From NCBI GenBank assembly GCA_963695345.1, contig OY968769.1, positions 800,001-864,000 on the forward strand: a DNA stretch of 64,000 bases, in the 5' to 3' direction. The translations under genes were made by a program, and so were the position numbers. Shown here piece by piece: positions 30,774 through 41,373 of this stretch. Below the pieces are notes generated by a model, which did not search any database, was not told where the DNA came from, and saw only the letters and a program-made list of their open reading frames with translations. Numbering within the stretch: position 1 is the stretch's first letter; every line of letters starts with the position of its first letter. Source of the DNA: an uncultured Methanomassiliicoccales archaeon (GTDB lineage Archaea > Thermoplasmatota > Thermoplasmata > Methanomassiliicoccales > UBA472).

Positions 30774-32326
30774 ATGGGCGTCGAGGAAGCTAACAGGGAA
30801 TTGCGCGAGATGAAACGGAGGTCCCGCGCCGGAGGCGGCGCGGACAAGCAGGACAAGCATCACAAGCAGGGCAAGATGACCGCCAGGGAGCGGATAGATG
30901 CCCTGCTGGACCCCGGCTCGTTCGTCGAGTTCGATGCCTTCGTGACGCACCAGTCCTGTCACTTCGGCATGGACAAGCACAAGGTCCCGGGCGACGGCGT
31001 CGTCACCGGCCATGGCACCATCGACGGACGCCAGGTGTACGTCTTTGCCCAGGACTTCACCGTGTTCGCCGGTTCCGTCGGCAAGATGCACGCCCAGAAG
31101 ATCTGCAAGATGTACGATTTCGCGGTCAAGACCGGCGCCCCCATCATCGGCATCTACGATTCCGGCGGAGCGCGCATCCAGGAAGGGGCCGACTCGCTCT
31201 CCGGGTTCGGCGAGATATTCTTCCGGAACGCCCTGGCGTCCGGCGTGATACCGCAGATAGCCATGGTCATGGGGCCGTGCGCCGGGGGCGCCTCGTTCTC
31301 CCCCGCCATGAACGATTTCGTGTTCATGGTCAAGGGCAAATCGCACATGTTCGTGGTGGGGCCGGACGTCATCAAGGCGGTACAGAAGGAGGATGTCACG
31401 TTCGAGGAGCTGGGCGGGGCCATGACCCATGCCACCAAGAGCGGCACCGCCCACTTCGTGGCCGAGGACGACATGGACTGCATCAAGAAGGTCAAGAAGC
31501 TGGTCTCCTTCCTGCCATCCAACAACCTGGACACCGCCCCGCACGGCGTGGGGAAGGACGACCCGGAACGTCGGGAGGACTCCCTCGACACCATCGTGCC
31601 GGAGGACCCGACCAAAGGGCTACGACATGCGTGAGGTCATCAAGAAGGTGGCCGACGACGCCGAGTTCCTCGAGGTGCAGGAGCACTGGGCCAGGAACAT
31701 CGTGGTCGGCTTCGCCCACATGGACGGGATCAGCATCGGCATCGTCGCCAACGAACCCTCGGTCTACGCCGGCACGCTGGACAACAACTCGTCGATCAAA
31801 GCGGCCCGTTTCGTTCGGTTCTGCGATTCCTTCAACATCCCCATCGTCACCTTCGTGGACGTCCCTGGCTATCTGCCGTCGGCGGAGCAGGAATATGAAG
31901 GGCTGGTGCGCAACGCGGCCAAGCTGTTGTACGCCTACTGCGACGCCACCACGCCCGAAGGTGACGGTCATCACGCGCAAGGCCATCGGCGGGGCCTACT
32001 GCGTGATGTCGTCCAAGCACATCCGCACCGACATCAACCTGGCATGGCCTTCCGCCGAGATAGCCATCGTCGGACCGGAAGGAGCCATCAACATAGTCTA
32101 TAAACAGGAGCTCATAATGGCAGACGACCCACAGGTGAAGCGGGACGAGCTCATCTCCGAGTACCGTAAGGCCTACGCGTCACCGTATGTGGCCGCGGAA
32201 CGGGGATACCTCGACGACATCATCGAACCGAAGGAGACCCGGTCCAGATTGATCAGCGCCCTGCATATGTTGGAGAAGAAGAGAGAGTCGAGACCGACCA
32301 AGAAGCACGGCAACATTCCGCTATGA
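30774..32326 (+). CDS. Acyl-CoA carboxyltransferase (PccB/MmdA/transcarboxylase 12S-like); frameshifts near 31617 and 31955
   Basis: [52 protein letters not shown]. Confidence 0.92.
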
Positions 32327-32336
32327 GGCTGTCCAG

Positions 32337-33828
32337 ATGAAGATAAAGATAATGGACACGGTATTGCGGGACGCCCACCAGTCGCTATTGGCGACCAGGA
32401 TGCGGACCGAGGACATGCTGCCCATAGCCCCGCTCATGGACGAGATCGGTTACTGGTCCGTGGAGATGTGGGGAGGCGCCACCTTCGACTCCTGCCTCCG
32501 CTACCTGAAGGAGGACCCCTGGGAGCGCATCACCAAGCTCAAGAAGGCGATGCCGAACACCCGGTTCCAGATGCTTCTCCGCGGACAGAACATCGTCGGA
32601 TACCGTCATTATTCGGACGACATCGTGGAGAAGTTCGTGCAGAAGGCGCACGCAGCGCGGGATCGACGTCTTCCGCATCTTCGACGCGCTCAACGACGTC
32701 AGGAACATGCAGTCGGCCATGAGGGCGGTCGAAACGCTCCGGGGCGATCGTGGAGGCGGCCATTGCCTACACCACCTCGCCGGTCCACAGCATCGACACC
32801 TTCGTCCAGATGGCCAACCGGCTGAAGGAGCTGGGTGCGGATACCTTGTGCATCAAGGACATGGCCGGACTCCTGAAGCCGTATGTGGCCTATGACCTGG
32901 TCAAGCAGCTGAGGGAGGAGACCGCCCTGCCCGGTGCACATGCACTGCCACGCCACCTCCGGAATGTCCGAATCATCCTACGTAAAGGGGATCGAGGCCG
33001 GCGCCGAGATCATCGACACCGCCATCTCGTCCATGTCCCAGGGGACCGCCCAGCCGCCCACCGAATCGATGGTGGCCATGCTCCGCGGGACGGAGTACGA
33101 CACCGGACTGGACCTGAAGAAGCTGCAGGAGATATCCGATTACTTCGAAAAGGTGCGGGAAAAGTACTCCGATTTCGAGAGCGGACACACCGGTGTCGAT
33201 ACCAACGCCCTCATCTACCAGATACCGGGGGGGATGATCTCCAATCTGGCCTCTCAGCTGAAGGAGGCAAAGCAGGAGCACAAGATCCAGGAGATCTATG
33301 AGGAGGTGCCCCGGGTCAGGGCCGACCTCGGCTATCCCGCCGCTGGTGACGCCGACCTCGCAGATCGTCGGTACCCAGGCGACCCTCAACGTCATTTCCG
33401 GTGAGCGGTACAAGATGGTCACCAACGAGACCAAGAACCTGGTGCGCGGGCTGTACGGACGCACGCCGGCGGAGATCGACCCCGCCGTCCGCAGGAAGAT
33501 CATCGGGGACGAGAAACCCATCACCGTCCGCCCTGCCGACCTGCTCGAGCCCGAGTATGACCGGTTGGCGCTGGAGATCGGCTCCTTGGCCAGGAACGAG
33601 GAGGACGTCCTCTCCTACGCGCTCTTCCCCCGGGAGGCCATTGAGTACTTCAAGGACCGGGAGATGAACGAGAAGGGCGTGAACCTGAAGGACATCGCCG
33701 CCGTCGCCGTTCTGTACATGCGCTCCACCGAGAAGAAGCCCGCCAAGGACATCTGCAAGGGGAAGGAAGACCAGTGGAAGAACGTGGCCCGCCGCGAACA
33801 GATGAGGCAAGGGGGGTGGCTGATCTGA
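32337..33828 (+). CDS. Pyruvate/oxaloacetate carboxyltransferase (transcarboxylase 5S/OadA-like, no biotinyl domain); about 4 frameshifts
   Basis: [23 protein letters not shown] (carbamylated Lys), [22 protein letters not shown]. Confidence 0.9.
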
Positions 33829-34329
33829 AGCTCAAGATTACCGCCAACGGACATCCGCATGAGGTCAACGTGGAGAAGAACGGCGGCGACTACCGCGTCA
33901 CCATCGGCAATGAGAACTATCGGGTGGCCATCAAGGACAGCGGGGTATCCATCAACGGAGAGCTACTTCCAGATAAACGTGGAGGGGGCGCTCAACGAGG
34001 GCGCCACCGTGACCACCAGCTCGCGCCAGATGAAGGTGCTTGTGGAACCGGTCCGCGAGATGGCCATGGTCTCGGTGGAGGCCGAGGTGTCGCATGGCGG
34101 CAAGGGCTCCGATTCGAAGGGCTCGATCATGGCGCCGATGCCGGGCAAGATCATCTCCATCAAGGTGAAACCGGGAGACACCGTGGCCCAGAACCAGATC
34201 GTGGCCGTCCTGGAGGCGATGAAGATGGAGAACGAGATCCAGTCCGACGTCGCCGGCACCGTTCTCAGCGTTTCCGTCCGGCCGGGGGAGACGGTCGAGG
34301 GCGGCCAGGTCCTGCTGGTTGTCCAGTGA
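33825..34329 (+). CDS. Biotin carboxyl carrier protein; frameshift near 33962
   Basis: APMPGKI..VKPGD.V...LEAMKMENEI; N-terminus (M)KLKITANG begins at CTG 33825 (alternative GTG 33816). Confidence 0.88.
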
Positions 34330-35607
34330 TCAGAAGTCCGTTCCCTGGGCGAAGGCCGCGGTAGCCTCGGCCACCTTCTTGTCTCCGTAGATCGCCGCGG
34401 TCATGCTCTTGCGCACCAGCAACTGCTGGGCCAGCCGCATCACCTCGTCCTCGGTGACCTTTTCGTACTTCCTCACCTCATCGTCGATAATCGGCACATC
34501 GCCGGTGATCATGTAGTGGTAGGCGAACATGCGCATGTCGTCGCGCGGCTGGCCTATGTTCCTCAGGATGCTGCCCTTGAGGACATGCTTGGCGCGTTCC
34601 AGCTCGCCCGGTGCCAGCCCTTCGTTCTTGAGCCGCTTGAGCTCCTCCCCGAAGATGTGGATCACCCTCTGGACCCGGTCGGCGGAGGTGGAGAAGTACG
34701 ACTCTACGGTACCGGAGTCGGAGTAGGAGGACGGCGCCATGTAGATCGAGTAGACCAGGCCTTCCTCCTCCCTCACCTTCCGGTTGAGGCGTGAGCTCGC
34801 CCCGCCGCCGATGATCGCCGCCAGTACATCCTGTGCGTAGCTCGACGGGTCCTTTGCCGTCAGTCCCGGGAACGCCAATCCCACGTACATGTGGTCCCCC
34901 TTCCTGGGATACGCATCTATGGAGGCGTGGAACTTGGGTTTCTGCCTTTTCACCGGTCTGCCCTTCTCCAGACCGTCGAGCGAGTCGGTGGCCCATCGAA
35001 GGACCTGTTCCGGGTCTATGTTGCCGCAGGCCACCACCGCCATCCGGGGCGGGCGGTACTTGGTGGAATGGAATTCCAGCAGATCCTCGGAGGAGAACGA
35101 GTCCACGCTCTTGTCCGTGCCGAGCACCGGCCGGGACAGAGGTCCGCCCTTGAACAGGGAGCGCAGCAGAAGGTTCTTGATGTAGCGTTCCGGATCGTTC
35201 AGCCGGTTGTTGATCTCCTGTTTGACGACCCCTTTCTCCAGCTCCATGTAGTCCTTGTCCATCAGCGGGTTGCAGAAGATGTCCTGGACCAGGCCCTGGG
35301 CGGTTTCGACCGTCTCATCGATGGAGAAGGAGAAGAAAGAGGTCATCTCCTGGGTGGTGAAGGCGTTGAGATACCCGCCCGCCTCCTCGATCGTCTCATT
35401 GACCTGATTGAACGTGCGGTTCCTGGTGCCCTTGAACAGCATATGCTCGAGGAAGTGGGCCATTCCATGCTGCTTCGGCCCTTCGTCGCGGGAGCCGATG
35501 CCGACGCTGATCGAGACGGCGGCGGATCGAGTCTGGGGAAGACGTTCCGTGATGACCGGTATTCCGGCGGGCGTCTTGGTCACCGTTAGCAGCTGTTCGG
35601 TCCTCAT
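34330..35607 (-). CDS. M16-family zinc peptidase
   Basis: HFLEHMLFKGT (HxxEH), LNAFT, SSRL...REEEGLVY. Confidence 0.93.
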   Translation of the reverse strand: MRTEQLLTVTKTPAGIPVITERLPQTRSAAVSISVGIGSRDEGPKQHGMAHFLEHMLFKGTRNRTFNQVNETIEEAGGYLNAFTTQEMTSFFSFSIDETVETAQGLVQDIFCNPLMDKDYMELEKGVVKQEINNRLNDPERYIKNLLLRSLFKGGPLSRPVLGTDKSVDSFSSEDLLEFHSTKYRPPRMAVVACGNIDPEQVLRWATDSLDGLEKGRPVKRQKPKFHASIDAYPRKGDHMYVGLAFPGLTAKDPSSYAQDVLAAIIGGGASSRLNRKVREEEGLVYSIYMAPSSYSDSGTVESYFSTSADRVQRVIHIFGEELKRLKNEGLAPGELERAKHVLKGSILRNIGQPRDDMRMFAYHYMITGDVPIIDDEVRKYEKVTEDEVMRLAQQLLVRKSMTAAIYGDKKVAEATAAFAQGTDF

Positions 35608-35853
35608 GTGCCATAGATGGCCTGACCGGATTAAAAAGGATGCCGTTTCGGATCGGGAATCCGACGTCCCAAACCGCAGGCCACGTGGGGTCTGACATTA
35701 ACCCGCTCGATCGGTGTTCGACGGATGTTGCCAGTACAAATAATATATTGTTTTATTAATATTATTAGTGAATATCTTAAGGATGCTTATTAAACCCAAT
35801 AAGCGGGTCAATCATTGATTGCGGTCGAGGCCACGGCCTTAGGGGGCATTGAA

Positions 35854-37335
35854 TTGAACGTGCTGAAGAACCTCAGTGTCGCCATCGTTGCGACGATGAT
35901 GATCCTTGTTTGTATATTGACAGTGTTACCTGACCAGGCACAGGCCGTGCCAGTGTCTGGCTGGAGCCCGGCCATACCGTTGAACGGTAATCGGTCCAGT
36001 GCCGCATCGGTCCAGGTGGGCGACACGGTATACATAATGGGCGGATTTAACACCACCTCGGTGGATATGACCAACTATGTTTTCACCTATGACCTTATGA
36101 CTGGGGCGAGTGTCCGGAAAGCGAATCTCCCGTACAAGACGGCCATCGCGGCCGCCGCTACCGATGGTAAAGAGATCTTTGTTGTCGGGAGCCTCAACAT
36201 CTCGGTCTCCCACTATATGGATACCCTTCAGATCTATAACATCAGCACGAACGTATGGACCGTCGGGCCACACATTCCAGTGGGGAGCGCCGGGGCTTGC
36301 GCGGCCGTCATTGGCAATAATCTCTATGTCGTGGGCGGATTCAACGCCACCGCTCCCTACGGTCTGAACGCCACCCAGATCTTTAACATTCATGATCGGA
36401 CCTGGAGCAATGGTTCATCTTTGCCGTTCGGCAGGTTCTGCGGCAGCTTGGTGGCCTACCATGGGTCCCTCTATCATATGGGGGGCATGGATGGTGCATC
36501 TGCCCGGACCAACTGCTACAAATGGGACCTGACCGGGTCCTGGTACTCGATCGCATCGATGCCGGAGGCGAGGGGCTTCAATAGCCTGGTGATAGGAACT
36601 GACGGATTGTTCTATACCGCAGGCGGATCGAGCCTCAATTCATTCGGCAGTGCCTGGAACAACTCATTCATCTATGACCCGACCGACAATGTCTGGAGCA
36701 GAGGTCCGAACCTGACCCAGGCTTGTACGTTGTCGGCCATGGGGGCATCGAGCAACGGTAATATCTTCCTCCTGGGAGGACGGAACTCAGCCGTCACCAA
36801 CTCGCGCGTCAGCTACATTGCCACGATGCCTTCCGCCCAATCGCAGGTGGATTCGCTGAATTCCCAGATATTGGCATTGCAGGGGAAACTGCAGGACATT
36901 GGCGCGAACATCTCGGACATCCAGGACAAGATGGACGATCAGGGGACTCAGATCGGGACGGCCCAAACGGCTCTCGGCAGCCTTCAGGTGCAGCTATCCG
37001 GTCTAAGGGCTCAGCTGAACGCAACCCAGGGCTCGATCACTGAACTCTCCACCGGCTACGAACAGCAGATGGGAGGATTGAGCTCCGAGCAGACCGCATC
37101 TGCCACACAACTGACCCAAATGCAGACCCAGATAGCGACCCTCATGGATGACCTCAACTCGACCCAGTCGCGGTTGACCCAGACCAGCAACGAAGTGGCC
37201 GGGGTCCAGAGCAGCGTGGATGGGCGGGCGGACGGGACCATGGGCCTCATAATCATGGTGCTTGCCATTGTGATGATGGTAATGGCAGCGTTCCTTATCG
37301 TTCTTGTAGCCAGGAAGAAAAAGGGGGTCCAGTAG
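35854..37335 (+). CDS. Surface protein: signal peptide, Kelch beta-propeller, coiled-coil stalk, C-terminal TM anchor
   Basis: YIMGG/YVVGG/YHMGG/YTAGG..W Kelch repeats; Q/S/T-rich heptads; TM + RKKK; start uncertain (35815-35860). Confidence 0.85.
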   Translation: MNVLKNLSVAIVATMMILVCILTVLPDQAQAVPVSGWSPAIPLNGNRSSAASVQVGDTVYIMGGFNTTSVDMTNYVFTYDLMTGASVRKANLPYKTAIAAAATDGKEIFVVGSLNISVSHYMDTLQIYNISTNVWTVGPHIPVGSAGACAAVIGNNLYVVGGFNATAPYGLNATQIFNIHDRTWSNGSSLPFGRFCGSLVAYHGSLYHMGGMDGASARTNCYKWDLTGSWYSIASMPEARGFNSLVIGTDGLFYTAGGSSLNSFGSAWNNSFIYDPTDNVWSRGPNLTQACTLSAMGASSNGNIFLLGGRNSAVTNSRVSYIATMPSAQSQVDSLNSQILALQGKLQDIGANISDIQDKMDDQGTQIGTAQTALGSLQVQLSGLRAQLNATQGSITELSTGYEQQMGGLSSEQTASATQLTQMQTQIATLMDDLNSTQSRLTQTSNEVAGVQSSVDGRADGTMGLIIMVLAIVMMVMAAFLIVLVARKKKGVQ

Positions 37336-37336
37336 G

Positions 37337-39118
37337 ATGATGCGAATGAAGAGGAAGGACAGCATCACGGCGATCATGATCGTGATGATGTTGACAATGG
37401 GCGCTTTGGTCATTGTTCCCGATACCGTGTCCGCGGTCAGCGGACCCGCTTGGACAACGATGCCTGCACTGCCAGTGAACCGTACCGAGTCGGCCTATGC
37501 CCAGGTGGGCAACACACTGTACATCATGGGCGGAGGGGTCAGCCCGCTGAGCAAGGATAACTTAGCTTACAGCTACAACATGACGAACGGTCTGACGACC
37601 GCACTGGCCACGATGCCGGTCGCGGATAGGGGATCCGCTGCCGCCGCCACCAATGACGGAAGGATATTCGTCTTCGGAGGAACTGTCGGCAGCGCAAAGA
37701 CCCAGATATACTACATATCGAACAACACTTGGATCATGGGGCCGGATATGCCGCATGGGGTCTGGCAGGGAAAAGCGGCCTACATGGTCAGTGACAACAG
37801 GATATACGTGGCCGGGGGAGAAGTGGCCGATCCAGCAAACTACCTGCAGATCCTCAACCTGGCCACAATGGTCTGGTCCGCCGGGACCCCATTACCAGTC
37901 GGTGTCGGGCAGGGCAATCTGGTCTCGTTCAACACCCAACTGCTGTACTTCGGTGGATATAACCAGACCAGTCATGCGACCAATGAGACCCTGTCCTATT
38001 CTGGAGGGACTTGGACAAAAGTGAAGCCGATGCCGGCCCCGCTGACCTACGCCGCCGCGGTTCGCGCGATCGATGATCAGATATATGTCATCGGAGGAAG
38101 TGACCAGTACATGCTGGCACAGAATTCCCTAGCTGGCGTATATGCCTATGAGCCGAGGTCCAAGACCTGGACCACCGTGGCAAGTCTGCCGGTACCGAGG
38201 GAGAACCCGGTCGCTGGCATCACATCGTACGGGACCATCGTCTGTGCCGGCGGATCGAACCTCAGCCAATCGATGAATACCGTGCTGTCTCTCCGCATCG
38301 CATCGATGTCAGTGACGACGGTGCTGTCATCCACTGTCAAGACCGGCGGACCGATTTCGGTCACGTTCACGGCAAGCATGACCTACCGCCCCCTGGCGTT
38401 TGTGGAGGGCGAGGTCTATCTGAAGGATGTTATGGGCGTATCATTCGATCTCGGATCGGCGTCCGCATCCTCCGGCCAGCAGATGACGACCTTCGACGTG
38501 CCTCAGTACGCCGCTCTGGGTTCGGCCAGGCTGAACGTGCCGGGGCTGACCGCGCACGACGCCAGGGGATACACCTGGACCTTGCCATCATTGACCTCGG
38601 CCGCTTTCACCATCGCCCCTGGACAACCGACACAGGACCAGATAGACATTCTGGCCACGAGGGTCATCGAACTCCAAGCGCAGTTGCTGGAACAGAACGC
38701 TTCACTGGCCGTCATGTCGGCGAACTCCACCTCTCAGGCATCCCAGGTGTATGTCCTGCAAGGTTCGATAGAGGCTGCCCAGGAGAACGTGGACCTCTTG
38801 AACGCCCAGCTGCTGACCGCACAGGCGCAGCTGGCATCGCTGCAGGCCCAGACCAATTCCTCGATCGGATCCGCCTCGGACTGGCAAAATCAGAGCCAAT
38901 CACAGTTGACCGCCCTGCAGGCGCAGATCGACCTGCTGAACGCCCAGGTGAATGAGAGCCAACAGCAACTGGGTCAGATCAGGACCGACGCCGGATCGGT
39001 GCAGGCCTCTGCCGACCGGAAGATGGACTCGACCACCGGCATGCTGGCGGTGGTCCTGATGATAGCGGCGATCGCCGGATTGGCACTGGCCATGGTCCTG
39101 GTGATGCGCAGGAAGTGA
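37337..39118 (+). CDS. Second surface Kelch protein with a beta-rich spacer, coiled-coil stalk and C-terminal TM anchor
   Basis: Six GG..W Kelch repeats; LQAQ heptads; TM + RRK. Confidence 0.87.
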   Translation: MMRMKRKDSITAIMIVMMLTMGALVIVPDTVSAVSGPAWTTMPALPVNRTESAYAQVGNTLYIMGGGVSPLSKDNLAYSYNMTNGLTTALATMPVADRGSAAAATNDGRIFVFGGTVGSAKTQIYYISNNTWIMGPDMPHGVWQGKAAYMVSDNRIYVAGGEVADPANYLQILNLATMVWSAGTPLPVGVGQGNLVSFNTQLLYFGGYNQTSHATNETLSYSGGTWTKVKPMPAPLTYAAAVRAIDDQIYVIGGSDQYMLAQNSLAGVYAYEPRSKTWTTVASLPVPRENPVAGITSYGTIVCAGGSNLSQSMNTVLSLRIASMSVTTVLSSTVKTGGPISVTFTASMTYRPLAFVEGEVYLKDVMGVSFDLGSASASSGQQMTTFDVPQYAALGSARLNVPGLTAHDARGYTWTLPSLTSAAFTIAPGQPTQDQIDILATRVIELQAQLLEQNASLAVMSANSTSQASQVYVLQGSIEAAQENVDLLNAQLLTAQAQLASLQAQTNSSIGSASDWQNQSQSQLTALQAQIDLLNAQVNESQQQLGQIRTDAGSVQASADRKMDSTTGMLAVVLMIAAIAGLALAMVLVMRRK

Positions 39119-39120
39119 CC

Positions 39121-39165
39121 AGGGAAACCGTTTACAAACCAATTCCCTTTCTCTTTTCTTTTTCT
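39121..39165 (+). terminator. Hairpin + U-tract terminator
   Basis: AGGGAA...TTCCCT followed by TTCTCTTTTCTTTTT. Confidence 0.6.
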
Positions 39166-39396
39166 AGGATGCCCAGCTGCATGGCTACAAGAATGGTGCC
39201 GGCCCCGGCAAGGAGGGAGAATGACATGGACCCACTGGTCCGCGGATCCTCCTCGGATTGTGAGAGCGATACTGGAACATCGTTTTCAAACGCATCTCAC
39301 GGGGGCTAGAATCGAAAAGCAGATATGTAGTCACAACATGGCACGAGCGTCCGTCCGATCACGGGATCGATTTGGACCGACATAAGGAGATCATCC

Positions 39397-41373
39397 ATGG
39401 CGACCAAGGGCAAAGGCAATCCGGAACGTACCTGCGACGCCGGGGCAAAGGACTGCATAGAGACAGCGGCCGCCAAGAAGATCGAGACCGCCTGGGACCG
39501 GTTCGAGCTGATGCAGCCGCAATGCGGCTTCGGAGAGCTCGGGGTGTGCTGCAACATTTGCCTTCAGGGCCCCTGCCGGATCAATCCATACGGGGGAAAG
39601 CCGGAGAAGGGCATCTGCGGCGCCCGGGACTATACGATCGTGGCCAGGAACCTCATCCGCCATATCGCGGGCGGCACCGCCTCACATTCGGGCCATGGCC
39701 GCCACATCGCCGACACGCTGCGGAAGGTGGTGGACGGGAACGCGCCGGCATATTCCATCAAGGACGAGAAGAAACTGAGGCGGGTCTCGGAACGGCTGGG
39801 GATCGATTGCCAGGGAAGGTCCAAGGAGGAACTGGCGAGGGCCGTCCTGATCAAGGTCTTCGACGACTATGGACGGAGCGAGAGTCTGCCCCTGAATTTC
39901 ACCACGGCCACTATCACCAAGCACCGCGCCGATCTTCTGGAATCGCTCGGGGTCATGCCTGACTCGATCGACCGTTCCATCGCCGACGTCATGCACCGCA
40001 CCTCGCTGGGCTGCGATGCCGATCCATTGCCCTTGCTCTTTGGCGGCATCCGGTGCGCCATCGCCGATTACAACGGAATGCAGATATCCACCGACCTGTC
40101 GGACATACTGTTCGGCACGCCCAGACTGGTCCGTACCTATGCCAACCTGGGTGCCCTCAAGGAGGATGCGGTCAACATCGCCATCCATGGTCACAACCCG
40201 GTGCTCAGCGAGGTCATCGTGGACGTCGCCCGGAAGATGGACGAGGAGGCCCGGCAGGCGGGCGCTTCGGGCATCAACATCGTCGGCATCTGCTGCACCG
40301 GGACCGAGGCGCTGATGCGGAAGGGGGTCTCCCTGGCCTCGAACTTCGCATCCCAGGAACTGGCGCTCGCCACCGGGGCGGTCGACCTGCTGGTGGCGGA
40401 TTACCAGTGCATAATGCCTTCGCTCTCGGAGATCTGCTCCTGCATGCACACCGAGATGGTGACCACGATGAGCAATGTCCGGATCCCCTATGACACCCAC
40501 GTCCAGTTCCGGGAGGAGGACGCCGAGGAGTCAGCGCGGTCGATCATCCGGATGGCCATCAAGTCCTTCCAACGGCGGGAACCGGCCAAGGTCAAGATCC
40601 CGAACGTCAGCTACGACGTGGTGGCCGGGTTCAGCACCGAGCAGATCGAGGAGCTGTGCGCACCGTTCGTACCGGAGGACCCGCTGATCCACATCGTCGA
40701 GGCCATCAGGTCCGGGCAGATACGGGGGATCGCGCTGCTGGCAGGCTGCAACAACCAGAAGGCGGTGCAGGACAGGAACCATCTGACCATCGCCAAGGAA
40801 ATGATCAAGCATGACGTCCTGGTGCTGACCACCGGATGTTCCGCCGGGGCCTGCGCCAAGAACGACCTTCTTTCCGCCGAGGCCACGGAGAGGTTCGCCG
40901 GACCCGGACTGAAGACGTTCATCCGGTCCCTCGAAGAGCGGAACGGGGTCAAGCTCCCGCCGATATGGCACATGGGTTCCTGCGTCGACAACTCCCGGGC
41001 CGCGAACCTGGCCAAGGAGATCGCGGTCCGACTGGGAACGGACGTCTCGGAGATACCGTTCGTCGTCTCGGCGCCCGAGGCGAATCACGAGAAGGCCGTG
41101 TCCATCGGCACCTGGTGCGTCGCCCTGGGCATGCCGGTCCACGTGGGCACCATCAGCTATGTTCACGGTTCGTCACTGGTCACCGAGGTGCTGGAGCACT
41201 CCGCCAGGGATGTCTTCGGCGGACATTTCATATTCGAGGCGGACCCGCACAAGGCATCGCACCGGCTGCTCAACACCATCGAACGCCGGCGCTGGATGCT
41301 GTCGTTCGAGAACCATTACGTGGTCGAGGACTCGAAGAAGCTCTCCAATCCAGGCTGTTCCGCATGGCCATAG
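39397..41373 (+). CDS. cooS: Bacterial-type [NiFe] CO dehydrogenase catalytic domain (probably fused to AcsB)
   Basis: D/B-cluster QCGFG..GVCCNIC.QGPC and GICG; C-cluster HGHNP, ICCTG, QCIMP, AGCNN, TGCSA, GSCVDNSR, EKA. Confidence 0.95.
   Translation: MATKGKGNPERTCDAGAKDCIETAAAKKIETAWDRFELMQPQCGFGELGVCCNICLQGPCRINPYGGKPEKGICGARDYTIVARNLIRHIAGGTASHSGHGRHIADTLRKVVDGNAPAYSIKDEKKLRRVSERLGIDCQGRSKEELARAVLIKVFDDYGRSESLPLNFTTATITKHRADLLESLGVMPDSIDRSIADVMHRTSLGCDADPLPLLFGGIRCAIADYNGMQISTDLSDILFGTPRLVRTYANLGALKEDAVNIAIHGHNPVLSEVIVDVARKMDEEARQAGASGINIVGICCTGTEALMRKGVSLASNFASQELALATGAVDLLVADYQCIMPSLSEICSCMHTEMVTTMSNVRIPYDTHVQFREEDAEESARSIIRMAIKSFQRREPAKVKIPNVSYDVVAGFSTEQIEELCAPFVPEDPLIHIVEAIRSGQIRGIALLAGCNNQKAVQDRNHLTIAKEMIKHDVLVLTTGCSAGACAKNDLLSAEATERFAGPGLKTFIRSLEERNGVKLPPIWHMGSCVDNSRAANLAKEIAVRLGTDVSEIPFVVSAPEANHEKAVSIGTWCVALGMPVHVGTISYVHGSSLVTEVLEHSARDVFGGHFIFEADPHKASHRLLNTIERRRWMLSFENHYVVEDSKKLSNPGCSAWP

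Noticed and set aside
37333-37339. Possible amber (pyrrolysine) read-through joining the two Kelch genes
   Set aside because: The second gene starts one base out of frame and has its own signal peptide
40836-41340. Long N-terminal part of ORF 40836-42515 and similar Arg/Gly/Pro-rich long ORFs (43062-43490, 50231-51340, 42208-43686, 54673-55797)
   Set aside because: Shadow frames of GC3-rich real genes
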